A stretch of 64,000 nt of DNA from Octopus bimaculoides (Eukaryota), in the NCBI RefSeq assembly GCF_001194135.2, contig NC_068994.1:23102296-23166295 (forward strand). The letters run 5' to 3'. The translations under genes were made by a program, and so were the position numbers. Every line of letters begins with the position of its first letter. Positions within the stretch are counted from its first letter, which is position 1. The notes below the pieces were generated by a model, which had not been told where the DNA came from, ran no database searches, and saw only the letters and a program-made list of their open reading frames with translations. Positions 37,996 to 52,115 of this stretch are shown here, one piece after another.

Positions 37996-39974
37996 TACTT
38001 TGGCTTATCATTAAAGATAAGAAACAGATTTAGCAGAAACTGAGGTGAAAAACCAATTCCCTTAGTGAAATTCTTAAAAGGAATATCATGAATTTCAAAT
38101 TTAACATTAAATATTATTGCACAGAAGTTTCTGCTAATGAGGTTTGGTATTTCTCATTTATGCTATCTATGTGTATTCTTATATAGAGAGCTATTTACAT
38201 TCCAGATATACTCTTGAACATGTAGATATAGAAATATGTATACAAATATCTGTTTGTTTTCCTGTCAAGAAATCAAATGTATGAACATATACTCCTTTAT
38301 CAAATTATCTCTGTCTTTAAGAGTAAAACATGTCCCTACCTTCACAAGAAAACAAAGTAGTGTAAAATAGATACTTAGGTAAGAAATGGGACATAAAAAA
38401 ATGTAGTTTTTATTCAAAATGTCTCCAAATTCCTTCAAATACACTCTACTGCCTTAAAATAAGAAAGGCTGGAACAATTTTGGTCATATATCTATTAGAT
38501 GAATGTAGACCCGTGGTTAAACAGCAATAACATCATAGAATGACTGGGTATTGTATTTAATAAAATTACTGACATGGAAACTGAAGTATAGAACATATAG
38601 TTTTTTCCCATGTTTCTGAGACATCACCAAGTACTTAATCTGGTACTTATTTATCAATATTTCAAGTTTTCACTTAATTTTTGTCTAGCAAATTTCACAA
38701 GCTTTTGGTAGACTTGGGTTAATATAGGAACTCTTTCCCAAAGTTCCTCATTGTAGGATAAAATCAGGGATTATGTGGTTGTGAAGGAAATTTCTTTACT
38801 ATACAGCCATGCCTGTTCTCAAATATTTGTCTAATATTTACAATTATAAACTTTAACAACTTGTTCTTTCTTAACTTATCTTTAATATAATTGAAACGAA
38901 ACATAAAAGAATGGCTAATCAATTACCAAATGTTGACTCTCAAGAACATTCTGGCAGGATAGTTAAAACAGGAAAAGAGATTATAAGCATTAAAGTTTAA
39001 ATAAGTAGTTTAAAGCCAGTGTTGAGCTTTAAGGCTTAGTAAAATACTTTGGTTACCAAAGGCAGCTTCTACTGCATTGATTCAATACCTGATTTTACTT
39101 CTTTTGATGGTATTTAGTAACAACTATATTCTCCAGATGAACATGGGGATGTAAGCAGAAGTAGATAAGGGTTACCCAAAGATCAATAAGTCTAAAGTTA
39201 GTTGAGATTGGAATTCTTGTCTGCTAAGTTGAGAAGTTCAATGTTGCCTCATATAAATAACCACCATTATTTGTTGATGTTTTATATTCTGTTTCGATAT
39301 CATCAGGATGACGGTGGCAATTTGGTAGAGTTATTAGACCATTTGAGTGCATGCCTTGCAACATTTATTCCAACTTTCTGCACACTAAGTCCAAATCCTA
39401 CTGGGGTCAATTCTGCCTTTCATCCCTTTTGGATCGATAAAAAAATATCAATCCAAGATGATAGATTGGCAGAACTATTAGAGAGGATGGTGAAATAAGT
39501 ATTGGATCTGGTTCTTTGTGCTCCATCAGGAATGCCTGTGATAATTCTGGTGCCAAACTTCATTGCCTGAAGTTAACAGCCTTGTCCTTAGATAAACATT
39601 GGTCATACTGAGAGGGGAGACTTGCATGCATAAGTAACTATCAGTGTTCCTCAAATAATGTACCTCAGGCACATACAAGTGCAGATATATGATTAAGTCA
39701 TATATATATACATGGCGAGGGCCCTGTAAAACTTGCACAAAATGGGTTCAAATGAGAAAAGTCTACCATTATGTATTGCTGTGAATATTGTCTAAAGTGG
39801 CACCAACCTGACTCAGTGATAGTAGAAATATACATCTTGCAATTTTTTTAGAATATTTTTTACAGGGGAAAAAAATTAAGGAAAAAAAAACAATTCCATT
39901 TACATTAATCTAACATCATTCTTATCCAATTTTAGTTTTACTTAACACACCACATATTGACATATACTCAAATA

Positions 39975-40041
<67 letters not shown>

Positions 40042-40451
40042 ATGTTTGTGAATCAGTGAGTAACATGTTCCATCTCACACAGAGAAAGGTTTCATTTTCC
40101 AAAGAGTTCCAGCATTGGTTTTTGGTATGTGTATGAAGCTTGTAACAAAAAGTGAGTCAAGAGAAAATTGCCTAAAACTCTCAATCAATGGTTAAGAATC
40201 GATTTGTAAGCTTGGCAGACGCAATGATGCAGTGCCTTCTTGTTCAGTCATGCACAAACAGCAAGTGGTAATTGTATACTAGCGTCAATAAAACATTCTC
40301 AAAGTTGGCGGGATTCTTTGCTTTGAAAAGGGAATATTTTTTGTGAATGTTAAAGGAAATATTTTGAAACATTAATTCTATGTTCTCATTAATATAAATT
40401 CAAACATATTTCTGCGAAAAATATGCATTGCACATATGTATATGTGTGTAT

Positions 40452-40452
40452 A

Positions 40453-40528
<76 letters not shown>

Positions 40529-40565
40529 GTCTGTCTGTCTGTCTGTCTATCTGTCTGTCTGTCTG

Positions 40566-40634
<69 letters not shown>

Positions 40635-40642
40635 AAATAAAT
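40452..40642. repeat. Compound tetranucleotide array TCTA>TCTG>TCAA>TAAA
   Basis: Direct reading. Confidence 0.95.
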
Positions 40643-41165
40643 ACAAACATACAAGCATATATGCACTGACAGATATACATACATATATATATATTTATAT
40701 ATAAATACATATATACACACATATATACACACTCACATATACTTATGTACACATATACATACATACATACATACATGTATACCTTCATACATATATACAG
40801 AAATACATATATGTATGCATCTTTACATATATAAAGCATATATATATTTGCATGTATGCATTTATCTAAACATAACTATAAATTTATATAAGTATACATT
40901 TTTGTTTGTATGTAAGTATATATTTGTATTTCTATGTGAGTACATGCGTGGACCTCCCCCCCCCACACACACTCATACACATGGATACGGGTGTGTGATT
41001 AAGAAGTTTGCTTCCCAACCACATTGCTGGTTTTGGGGTTCAATCCCACTGCATGGCATGTTGGCCAGGATGTTAGATGGAAGCTAAAAGAAGCTCATCA
41101 CCATCTCTCACTGTCTCACTGTTCCTGTCTCTGTGTGTCTGTTTGTCTGTCTCTATATATACCAC

Positions 41166-41196
<31 letters not shown>

Positions 41197-41215
41197 GTCA
41201 TCATCATCATCATCG

Positions 41216-41249
<34 letters not shown>

Positions 41250-42010
41250 TGTTTAATATCTGCCTTAGAAGCCTGCACCAGACTTCTGTAACTGTTTTGG
41301 CAGGATTTTTACAGCTGGATGCCCTTCCTAACACCAACAAGTCAGCAGAGTGGACTTAGTGCTTTATATGTGGCACAAGCACAGGTGAGGTCAGTTTTGG
41401 CAAGGTCTTTACTGCTGGATGCCCTCCTGAACACCAACCACTTTACAGTGTGGACTGGGTGCTTTTAAGTGGCACCTCCACTGATAGGGTCACCAAGTAT
41501 TTGCAAGACAAAAAAAAAAACTTTCAAGGGGTGATCTTGTGACCTCTACTGTTACTCATTTATATTATATATATATAAATAGTGAATACTTTTCCATTCT
41601 TCCCAAGTGTTAAACTAATACATCTGCTTGTTGTTCCTCCACCTGTCTTTGTCTTTTGTTTTCTGTTAATTTAAACTATATATATATATATATACATATA
41701 TAAATTATAATTTAGGGTATCTAAGAGATACCACCATGCATGAAATAGCAGTCAAAACCTCGACTCTAAAACTACATTAAATGTCCATACAGCACCAGNN
41801 NNNNNNNNNNNNNNNNNNNNNNNNNNNNNNNNNNNNNNNNNNNNNNNNNNNNNNNNNNNNNNNNNNNNNNNNNNNNNNNNNNNNNNNNNNNNNNNNNNNN
41901 NNNNNNNNNNNNNNNNNNNNNNNNNNNNNNNNNNNNNNNNNNNNNNNNNNNNNNNNNNNNNNNNNNNNNNNNNNNNNNNNNNNNNNNNNNNNNNNNNNNN
42001 NNNNNNNNNN

Positions 42011-42049
<39 letters not shown>

Positions 42050-42394
42050 ATATGCATTAATTTAACGCTTGGGAAAAATGGAAAAGTATTGACACCAGTA
42101 CTTTTTGTTTTTTAAAGCCTGGTACTTATTTTATCAGTTTCTTTTGCTGAATTTCTAAGTTAAGCACACCAGCACAGGTTGTCAAGACATACACACATAC
42201 ATATATATATACAACAGGCTTTTCCCAGTTTCTGTCTACCATATCCACTCACAAGGCTTTTGTTGGCTCAAAACCATACCAGAAGACACTTGCCCAAGGT
42301 GCCACGTAGTGGGACTGAACCCAGAACCATGTGGTTGGGAAGCAAGCTGCTTACTACATAGCCATGTCTATGCTTACACACAAACACACACACA

Positions 42395-42442
<48 letters not shown>

Positions 42443-42699
42443 AATAAGCTCAGGCTCTTTGATGCAGACTCTTTGGCCATAGAAACTCCTGTATTGAGAA
42501 TATATATCTCAATTCTCCTCTCTTCAAAGTCACCATCTTTGATAATGTCAATGCTTACAACTCATCATGGCTCTCACACATATCTTACACCAATGCTATC
42601 AGTGCAGAATCAGAATTCTTTCATATTGGTTTCAAATTTTGGTACAAGGCCACCAAGTTCAGCATCAATGTAAGAAGTACCGCAGGCTCAGTTTAGCTC

Positions 42700-43670
42700 T
42701 TCCACTACTTTTTCACAATCCACCACGCTGCAATCCCATAATTTCACTGTATGCCTGGTCGGGTGGCTGAACAGATGCTATGCCTTGCCAAAGTACAGCC
42801 TGTAACTAAGCAGGGCATAGTTGTCACTCCGTGATGTATTTTCAAAATACTTGCACACCCATCATTCCTCCCTAATTTTCTCTGACCTGCGTCATTCACA
42901 TGCAACTTAGCCACCATATACCAAACCTGCATTAATTCTATAAACGGAAACCTTGAGAGCATCCTCCAGTGGGGCGATACCAACTTTGTCTTTTTCTAAC
43001 TTCAAAATACTCAAGCACTATTCATATTGAGAAAAAACCCACCACACCACTCTCTTTCTAAACATGAGAGCACTCAACTAGAACTCCCACAGTCACTCCA
43101 AATGCTGGGCCTCACCATTACTGAGGATCTCTATTGTTGTAATCACATCCTTTGTACAGCTAGGACAGCATCCCAAAGACTATTTCTTCTGAGGATCAGA
43201 AGATATTTTTGTCCCCTATAGCTGCTGACACTCTATAAGGCTCAAGTGAGGCCCACAATGGTGTACTGTTCCCACATCTGGCATGGTGCTGCTACTATGC
43301 ACACTGACATTCTGGATCACATTTAGAGAGTGGCAATCAGCTGATTGACTCTCCATCACTAAGAAACATACTATCTTCTGACCCACAAGTGTGTTGTCTC
43401 TTCTCTCATTTCTACTGCTACTATAATGGCCTCTGCTCCTCAGACTAGCTGATCTTGTACTGCCACTACTCAGGCACTGCTAATCCACTTGTCTCTTTAC
43501 CTCTCATCACCCTTGTTGAGCCCAAACCCACCACTTCCAACTCCATGAAAGACTATAACTTATCCTTCTTCCCCATAACCATGACCCATTGGAATCTCCT
43601 TCCCACCCATGTCTTTTGTGCAAATGTTGACCTGCAACAATTTACTAGAACATTAATAGCATCCTTCTCA
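42700..43670 (+). mobile_element. Zenon-like CR1 LINE 3' fragment
   Basis: Reads LLTLYKAQVRPTMVYCSHIWHGA and SFFPITMTHWNLLP, resembling the Zenon/CR1 motif LYKAQVRPxMEYCSHxW. Confidence 0.8.
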
Positions 43671-44823
43671 AGAGTCTCAGAGGATCTGCAAAGGTCATAT
43701 CCTCAGCATCCATATACGTGTATGTATATTTATATACAGTTGTCCCTTGGTTTCTACAGTAACACTTTAGCATGGTTTGGTTTGGGTTGAATTATTTTCT
43801 TCTGCTTTTATACTTTACCATTTCAATCTTCAATTTGCATTTACATTTTATTTCTTCAATAGTGATGTAGACCAGATTCTAAACAAACTTTCAAGTTAGA
43901 GTTATTTTTCATAATTTGCTGAATATTTTTGTTAAATAATTTTTGTTAAATATTTTTATTCAGTAAAATTGAATAACACTATTTCAAATGTCAAGAAAAT
44001 AGATTTCTCTGGAAATGAAAATGAAGTATTAATCAAGTTTAAACTGAGGAAGAAAGGGTTCAACAGAAATAGCAAAAGTGCATGCATGCCTTGGATACAT
44101 AAGAATATATAAATTATGTTCTTATGCATTAGGACATTTTTTACGTGTTTGTGCTATGTGAACCTATACATGCACCTGTTTCCCTTTCTCATTATTTATT
44201 TTTCAGTTTTTTTTTCTCACTCTGTATCTTTCTCTATTTCCACACTGTCTATATAATTTATGTATCAATATATATTTATGTATCAATACATTAAAATATT
44301 GTGTAAGTGTATATATATATATATATATTGATATTTTTCGTCAAATAGTTAAAAAGGTATGTTAATCTGATGAAGCATCATTACATATTTAAACGGATTT
44401 AATTATTCTTAAAAAACTTCGTTTTATTAATGAAGCAGAAACAGTTGTAATTTATGAGATGTGTTATTTGTTTGTATAAAATATTTAAATTGAATTGAAT
44501 TTAAAATTGTTCAATTTATTGTTTCGTTTTTCCATTTCTGATATATATATATATATATATATATATTTTTTTAAAGAGTTTGATTCGGCTCCATGTGACC
44601 TAAAGTTTCAAGGGCCTCTAAGAGAAACCTTTCTCTTTCAGACTTAGATTACTGAACCTATATATATATATATATAAATGGAGTTAAATGCAAGTGTTAT
44701 TCAAATTCTTTTAGTTCCGACACATCTATATANNNNNNNNNNNNNNNNNNNNNNNNNNNNNNNNNNNNNNNTATATATATATACTATTATATATATATGT
44801 ACATAGATAAATGTGTATACATA

Positions 44824-45666
44824 TGGGGTGTTTGTGCTAAATTTGATGTCCTTTTATGTCTCTTTTTTTTCAGGAACAGTTTGATGTATTTATAAATAGT
44901 CAATGGTGTTGGAAATCATAAAGATTAAAGTTGTAGTTGAGAAAAAGTTAGCTGACATTGAGGACTGGAAGCCATCTGAATATTGGAAAAGTGTTCCTTG
45001 CATCATGGTGATCTGTGCTAAATATCAAAATGCAGACATCATAACTGCTGCTCATTGCTCTGTGAACATTATAAAAGCTGTAAGACATGACAAGAACAGC
45101 TGCAACAGAGATGACAAAGCTGTGATCAGCAGGAAAGGACACAGCAAGCATTCTGACTGTGTCAGTGAGCTGGAATTCATCCCCACATCTTTGAACAGGG
45201 CATTAGGCTCAATTCAGATGGTTATGTGAAGCTGTTGGAGACTGTGGTCAAACCCTGCCAAGATAGGGTTGCTGCTGGGAGGTTATATGTGTGGTAGTAG
45301 AAATCAGCTCCTTGCATACTTCTGGAAAGAGTCAGATGTGGTTGTCAGAGAATTTCTACAACTTCCCCAGCCCCAATTTCTGCCCTTCCAATTCCTTCGA
45401 TTGTAATCCAATGGGGTTGAAAAAGATACCAATCATTCTGCCTGCAACGCCAAGGTGAAGCTGGTGGCCAAAAACAAAAGAACACATATGCCAGATTTCA
45501 GAACCATCTTGGTGGAAGCTGAATGCAGCCACTCTGAGTAAAATGTTATCTCCCAGCCAAAACCTAATTGATATTTTTTGATTTTTAAAGAATACTTTTA
45601 TTTTCAGATTGGACATTGTGTTATTTTTCCATTATGCAAATTTCCAAATTTAGCTCAAATACCCTG
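44824..45666 (+). mobile_element. maT-family non-autonomous element, 843 bp, both TIRs and TA TSD present
   Basis: TA|tggggtgtttgtgctaaatttg ... caaatttagctcaaataccctg|TA (18/22 match). Reads EDWKPSEYWK.., then after a deletion PHIFEQGIRLNSDGYVKLLETVVKP..SAPCHTSGKSQMWLSENF. Confidence 0.9.
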
Positions 45667-45957
45667 TATATTGATTTTTCTTTCAATCTTTTATGCCCAT
45701 TTTTACCATATTCGCATGGGCAGGGTGAATACTTATTCTCAAGGCATTATTTTAAAGACAGGAACCTTTTCCCCTCTCATTAAGCATTACCAGTTTGTTA
45801 AGTAAGGGTTTTATAATTTTTTTTTATTATACCACTTGTCTGAGAATAGTTTTGTTGATTGATATTATCAACAAAAATCTGTCTCCTTAGATCAACACTT
45901 TCATGTGATGATGCAGAATGTAATTATTCATACAGACAAATTAACATGTATGTATGC

Positions 45958-46150
45958 ATGCATTATAACTGCTGCTCAATGCTCTGTGAACTCTGTAAAG
46001 GCTTTAAGATGTGACATGGACTGCTGCAATGGAGACTACAATGCTGTGGCCAGCAGGAAGGGACACAACAGGCAATCTGACTGTAACCAGAAGCTGGAAT
46101 TTATCCTTGCATCTTTGAACAGGGCCTTAAATTCAATTCAGATGGCCAAG
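45958..46150 (+). mobile_element. Second fragment of the 44824-45666 maT derivative
   Basis: Aligns to about 45040-45228 and has the same deletion junction (ctggaattYatcc..catctttgaacagggc). Confidence 0.85.
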
Positions 46151-46235
46151 TGTATGTGTGTATGTATGTATGCTTGCATACATACATACATACATACACA
46201 CATACATACATACACACATGGTGATTGCCCCATCT

Positions 46236-46560
46236 TCACAGATGATTGCAATCTCTTTGAGCTTCCTTCTTGTCAATGGCATATCTGATATTCCATCTAT
46301 GACCTCTATTTAGTCTCATTGCTGATCTGCATGGTTTGAAGCATAAGGGACAAAAAGTTATAACTTCCATTGGATTGATCACATCACTTTGTGAGCCATG
46401 ATCTCTGTGAACCACCACATGCCTCTTCTGACCTGAAATTGATTTGCAAGCCCTTTCACACACTACACAATTTGAATCACCCATTCTCAGAGGAAAGGCA
46501 TTGCGTACAGTTGATCTTTTTAGGGATTTCAGACATATTCAACCTTGGAAAGGAACACAT
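46236..46560 (-). mobile_element. LINE (RTE-like) 3' end encoding C2H2-like fingers
   Basis: Reads CVVCERACKSISGQKRHVVVH...CPLCFKPCRSAMRLNRGH. Isolated, with no usable splice sites, and like RTE C-terminal CxxCxRxCxSxxGLxxH. Confidence 0.6.
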
Positions 46561-46650
46561 GGCATGCATGCTTGCATGCCATGTGCTCCATATATACATA
46601 AACACTTTACATTATATTACATACATATAGATATACAGATATGTGTGTGT

Positions 46651-46716
<66 letters not shown>

Positions 46717-47004
46717 TGAACTCTACCATTGAAGATAATGCATGACTGTTCAACTTTTGTTGAACAACCTGCATCAATGATTTGTTTATATTGATCAAAT
46801 GCACATGTTGTACATTAATTAGCTCAACTCCTTCGTCCCTGAACAGATGCATGGTGTACCACATGTCAGATGTTGAAGTGATTGCAAAGCAATGTGAGAT
46901 GAAGTGTTTTGCTCAAGACCACAATGCGCCACTTGGTCTAGGAATTGAAACCAGGATCTAGCAATTGTGAGTGTAACACCCTATCCACTAGGCCATGTGT
47001 CTTC

Positions 47005-47040
<36 letters not shown>

Positions 47041-47182
47041 ATGCATATTATGAAGCCTGAAGCTACAATGGGAGACACTTGCCCAAGGTGCCACACAGCA
47101 AGGAAGAATTGAACACTATGTTTCTTCAAAGCAAATGTCATAGCTACAGAGCCATACTTGTATGTGTGTGTGTGTGTGTGTA

Positions 47183-47228
<46 letters not shown>

Positions 47229-47539
47229 CGCGTGCGTGTGTGCATGTATGTCAAAACTTGTTCCTTTGTAGTTATGATATATCAATGATAGGGATGGAAA
47301 ACTATGACAGTATAAAATATCTAGAAGTAAACAGAGAAAAGAAAGAGGAAACCCATTGATACTTACTGTAAAAGGAACTTCAAAATTGTATAAAAAGAAA
47401 TAGACAACAAAAATAAATAGGTTGCGAGAATGCAATCTTTTAGGGAGCACCTATATTTGTAGAAAAATGCTATCCATTTGCAAAAATGTAGTAAGACTAA
47501 AGTGAATTATATACATTAAAAAATATTTTTTTCTTTTTC

Positions 47540-47639
<100 letters not shown>

Positions 47640-48650
47640 TATATCTAGAAGACAAATAAAAAGTACTCGTATGCACATGCATGCATAAACATACACACAC
47701 AGACACAGATAAAGACACATTGATATAAACAGTGGAAGCAGAATTTCTTGCAAGAATGAAAAAATAATTATTAATCCTTATTTGTTGATATAAGAATTAT
47801 TCTTTTATTGTGCCCAGAAAGCTGTATAATATTAATCCAGTATGGTTACTTTTGAGTTATCTTCACTCCTTATCAAAACCTTGTTCTGAACTCCATTTGT
47901 ATTTCTTTGAACATTTCATTGTTTTTTTAATGCTTGATGCCATCTGGAAGTGAAATTTTATTTGACTAACAAAGGTCAGTAATAATTTTTCATGATATTG
48001 CCCTTGTAAATACATACCACTCTTACATACTGGCATGTCTGCTACCTTCTGTAAAAGTTTCAACTGGCACACTCTGCAATGTCTGTTATTTATTGTAATG
48101 CTGCCATCATCAAATAGTCTTACCTGGTATCTACTCTAAAGCCACCACTGTCACATTCCATCATGACTATTATCTGTTCTAAAGCTTAATTCTCTCACTG
48201 TCATGTCTGCTATTTGTTCTAAAGCTAACACCAGCCACAACCAGCCACCACCAGCTGCCACTGCTCTGTTATGTCCTGTCTGGCATCTGCTGATTATCAG
48301 ATGAAAGCATGATTTCTCTCTTGTATCTGTAATTTCATGGAGTTCCTCTTGTATTACTTTGTAGTATTTTTGAAAAACATGACATAAATTTGAGACTAGC
48401 CATTTGGGTTCCTCATTTTAGGACACATTTCCCTGTGAATAAGTAAATTTATAGACAACAATTTTTTTTCTTTTTCAGAAAGATCTAGTCATAGCAGCTG
48501 GCATTACACATGATGTTGGTGTTTGTTCTCTTCTAGATTGGATACGTAATGAATTATGGTGTTTTATTTTCAGAGTTGACTGTATGTGTGTATTTGTTTA
48601 TTTAGTGGCACTTAGAAAGGTTCTACCTTGTTTTTAATTTCTATAGTCAT

Positions 48651-48905
48651 CATCATCATCATCATCATCGTTTAACGTCCACTTTCCATGCTTTGGACGA
48701 TTTGACTGAGGACTGGTGAAACCGGATGGCAACACCAGGCTCCAATTTAATTTGGCAGAGTTTCTACAGCTGGATGCCCTTCCTAACGCCAACCACTCAG
48801 AGAGTGTAGTGGGTGCTTTTACGTGTCACCCGCACGAGGGCCAGTCAGGCGGTACTGGCAACGGCCATGCTCAAAATGGTGTCTTTTATGTGCCACCCGC
48901 ACAAG
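48651..48905 (-). mobile_element. RTE-related 3' end / SINE-like repeat with (GAT)n tail, CpG-rich young copy
   Basis: Shares gctggatgcccttcctaacgccaacc with older copies at about 41160-41510, 50990-51070 and 55540-55830. Confidence 0.65.
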
Positions 48906-50419
48906 ACTAAATTTAATTTATGATTAGGGTTGATGTAATTTACTACTAGTTAGTATAACTGCTGTCATTAAAATTTATTCATCAGGTTGTGATGCCTGTT
49001 TAGTTTCCATAGTAAACTAAATCAGTTAGTTAATTCAGTCTCAGTTTCTATTTTTCTTCACCCACTGGTGTAGATCTTTGTATAATTATTTAGGGATTCT
49101 CACAAGGTTAGTAAGTACAGTGAAGTCTCTTTCAGTGAAGAGGTCTAATAAGACCAAAACATGTCTAGCTCGATCTCTTTGTATTTGTAGAAATAATGGA
49201 AATAATATTGGTATCAAATTTTGGCACAAGGCCAGCAAATAATAGGAATAATATCAATCTTGAATTAATATTGTTTTACTTCACTTTGAAGTCTGTTCAT
49301 TTACTATTTCTAATAGAATTGGTGATGGTGGTATTATTTTTAGCATAATCATTGTTAATTAAATTATATTTAACATGTGTTACTTCTTTCTTTTATGATG
49401 CAATGTGAGAAAATATTGTATGTAGTCTTCTCAGTCAAGATTTATTGACAGATATCTTATTTTCATAATGATATTTGCTCTGTGATTTAAATATGAGCTA
49501 CTACTGGAGCATTTGTGCTTAAAACTCATGCATGTCTGTATGCACACATACAAATATTTGAAGATTGTGAATATTATATTCTGCCAGCAGCTGATACCAT
49601 GGAGATATTAACAATAATCTAGTGTAGCTTGTGGACAATTACAAACAACAACAATAATATATGACTTGTCAAATTATAGGAAGTGAATTACAAATTATAA
49701 GAAGTAGATTACTTTATGAACTTCTTAAAATGGGTTAATCTTCTAATGGGTTAATCTTCTAATGGGTTAATCTGGCATTTTCAAATTTTGGATTGAATAT
49801 TTTCTGCAAAATGAGCCTTTTTAGACATGTTTCAGTAGGTTTCTTTGATGACAAATAACATTCCAAATTCTTACTGTGTTCAGTTTGTCTCACCCTTAAA
49901 ACTGTCTTTGTATAATCTCAAGATTACTTTACAACATAAACATTTGGGTTATTGGATTTGAAAGGGATATTGCGTTGCTTAAAAATGACCACTGATTTTG
50001 TTGATAAATTGCAGCTTATTGATTAATTCTCTACAGCTCCACATTGATTTATGCAATCTTTGAACAGTATGTATTGATATATTTGTTTGAATATACCTAG
50101 GAATTGATTTAGAGTGGACAACAAAGACATTTCACCCTTCTGCCTAGTATTCATGCAATTTATGGCTGTGCTAAAATATTTGCATGCACACAGGTTAAGA
50201 GAAAGGATGAATTTCTTATTTATGTATGTATGCATTTAGCTAGAGTCAGAAAGTTCATAGAGTTGTTGCTTCTATTGAAAAACAAGAAACTTCTCTTTTA
50301 GGGCAAAAGTTGAGTAATGAGAGTGATATTGCACAGCAGTGAGGTATGGATATTAAATGTTAAATTAATCTATCTTACAACAGCTTTGAAAAACGGTAAA
50401 AATGAAGAAATGATGAACG

Positions 50420-50479
<60 letters not shown>

Positions 50480-51941
50480 GTTCTTTAATCCTGCACTGAT
50501 ATATATCCTTGGAAGCTTATTTTGTACTCCAGTCTTGCAACACACATTATCCACACTCACACCCCCTTATTCTCTTCACTGTTTTATCAACTACACACCT
50601 GACCTCTAGAACACATTTGAAAATATAATCTTAATCTATTACTGTCTGGGAATTTTGTTTTTCATCTGTAACAGTATATTGATTTCTAATTTTGGTACAG
50701 GGTCAGCAATTTTTGGGGAGGAGTTAGCTGATTATATTGACCCCAGTGCTCAACAGGTAGTTACTTTATTGACCTTGAAAGGACGAAAGGTAAAGCCAAC
50801 CTTGGCTGAATTTGAACTCAGAATATAAAGATGGATGAAAAGCCACTGAGTCTGCCACCCAGCATGCTAATGATTCTGCTAGTTCACTGCCTTCATCTGT
50901 AATAGTGTATTAATTTATAAAATGAGAATATCAGAGAAAAAGGTGTAGTTAACAATCTAGATCTAGAAGATATTCATCATATCATCATTGTTTAGCATCC
51001 ACTTTTCTCATGCTTGCATGGGTTGTATGGAATTTGTGGAGGCAGGTTTTCTATGGCCAGATGTCCTTCATGTTTACAGACTTTTCTTTCTTCTCTAGTC
51101 ATACCAGCTGATAAGAGTCGGTTTCCTGGTTTCCACAGTGTATATTTATTCCTCACCTGAACAGGATACCAGTCCATTGCAGGATTACTCATTTTTGTCA
51201 GCTGAGTTGACTGGAACAATGTGAAATGAAATGTTTTGCTCAAGAACACAATGTGTCACCTGGTCCAGGAATTGAAACCACAATCTTACAATCATGGGTC
51301 CAACACTCTAACCACTAAGCCACGTGCCTCCACTCATGTTTTTAGTGGTTTGGACTGAAAGAAAGGCTGTGCTCATAGCCTTCATGGACCCAATAAGACT
51401 GGTGAGATTGACATGGCTCTAGCTCTTTGATAGCTTCAAGTTGACAAGTTAGAAGTAAAACATGGGCAAAGAAGGATTTCAAAAGTTGAACATTCTGCAG
51501 AAGAAGGACTGGACACAGTAGTTAGTGCAGGGCCTATCAAGAGGAGCACAATGTAAATGACAAGAGTGCAAGAACTGAGTGAGTTGGTTAGATCACACTA
51601 GAGATGGTACAAGATCAAGCTTCTCTGAGGAACAGAGGTGACTGTTGTGGTAGTAGAAATGAAGGTAGAGTCAGAAAATAGTTTGTCTGTTAAAGTGACA
51701 AACCTAATGCTAATTAGTTGAGTACTCACTCTTATTTTGAATGTGGTCCTGGATAATACCATGTGTTGCAGTACTCCACCATCCACAAATGGAGCAGTAT
51801 TCCACAGTGAGGCTTTCCTTTTACCACATTGGTAAAATATTAATATCTCCTCAATTTTTATGGGGAACATTCTGTGTTATCTTCTATGGTTAGTAGAACT
51901 CACAGGACAAGTCTGGGAAAATTTGTTGGATGCAAGCGTAG

Positions 51942-52015
<74 letters not shown>

Positions 52016-52066
52016 NNNNNNNNNNNNNNNNNNNNNNNNNNNNNNNNNNNNNNNNNNNNNNNNNNN

Positions 52067-52115
<49 letters not shown>

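Noticed and set aside
39285-39315. Hammerhead ribozyme core CTGATGA-tatc-GAAAC on the minus strand (also ctgatgagat..atcaaaa at about 53573)
   Set aside because: Stem II is absent or minimal and no complementary stems I/III were found. An Infernal search would be decisive.
46236-46484. C2H2 zinc-finger host gene (cephalopod ZNF expansion)
   Set aside because: Only two degenerate fingers without TGEKP linkers; fits a LINE C-terminus better.
48477-48640. Plus-strand exon candidate after a strong ttttcag acceptor (KDLVIAAGITHDVG...)
   Set aside because: No recognisable homology, ambiguous donor and no partner exons.
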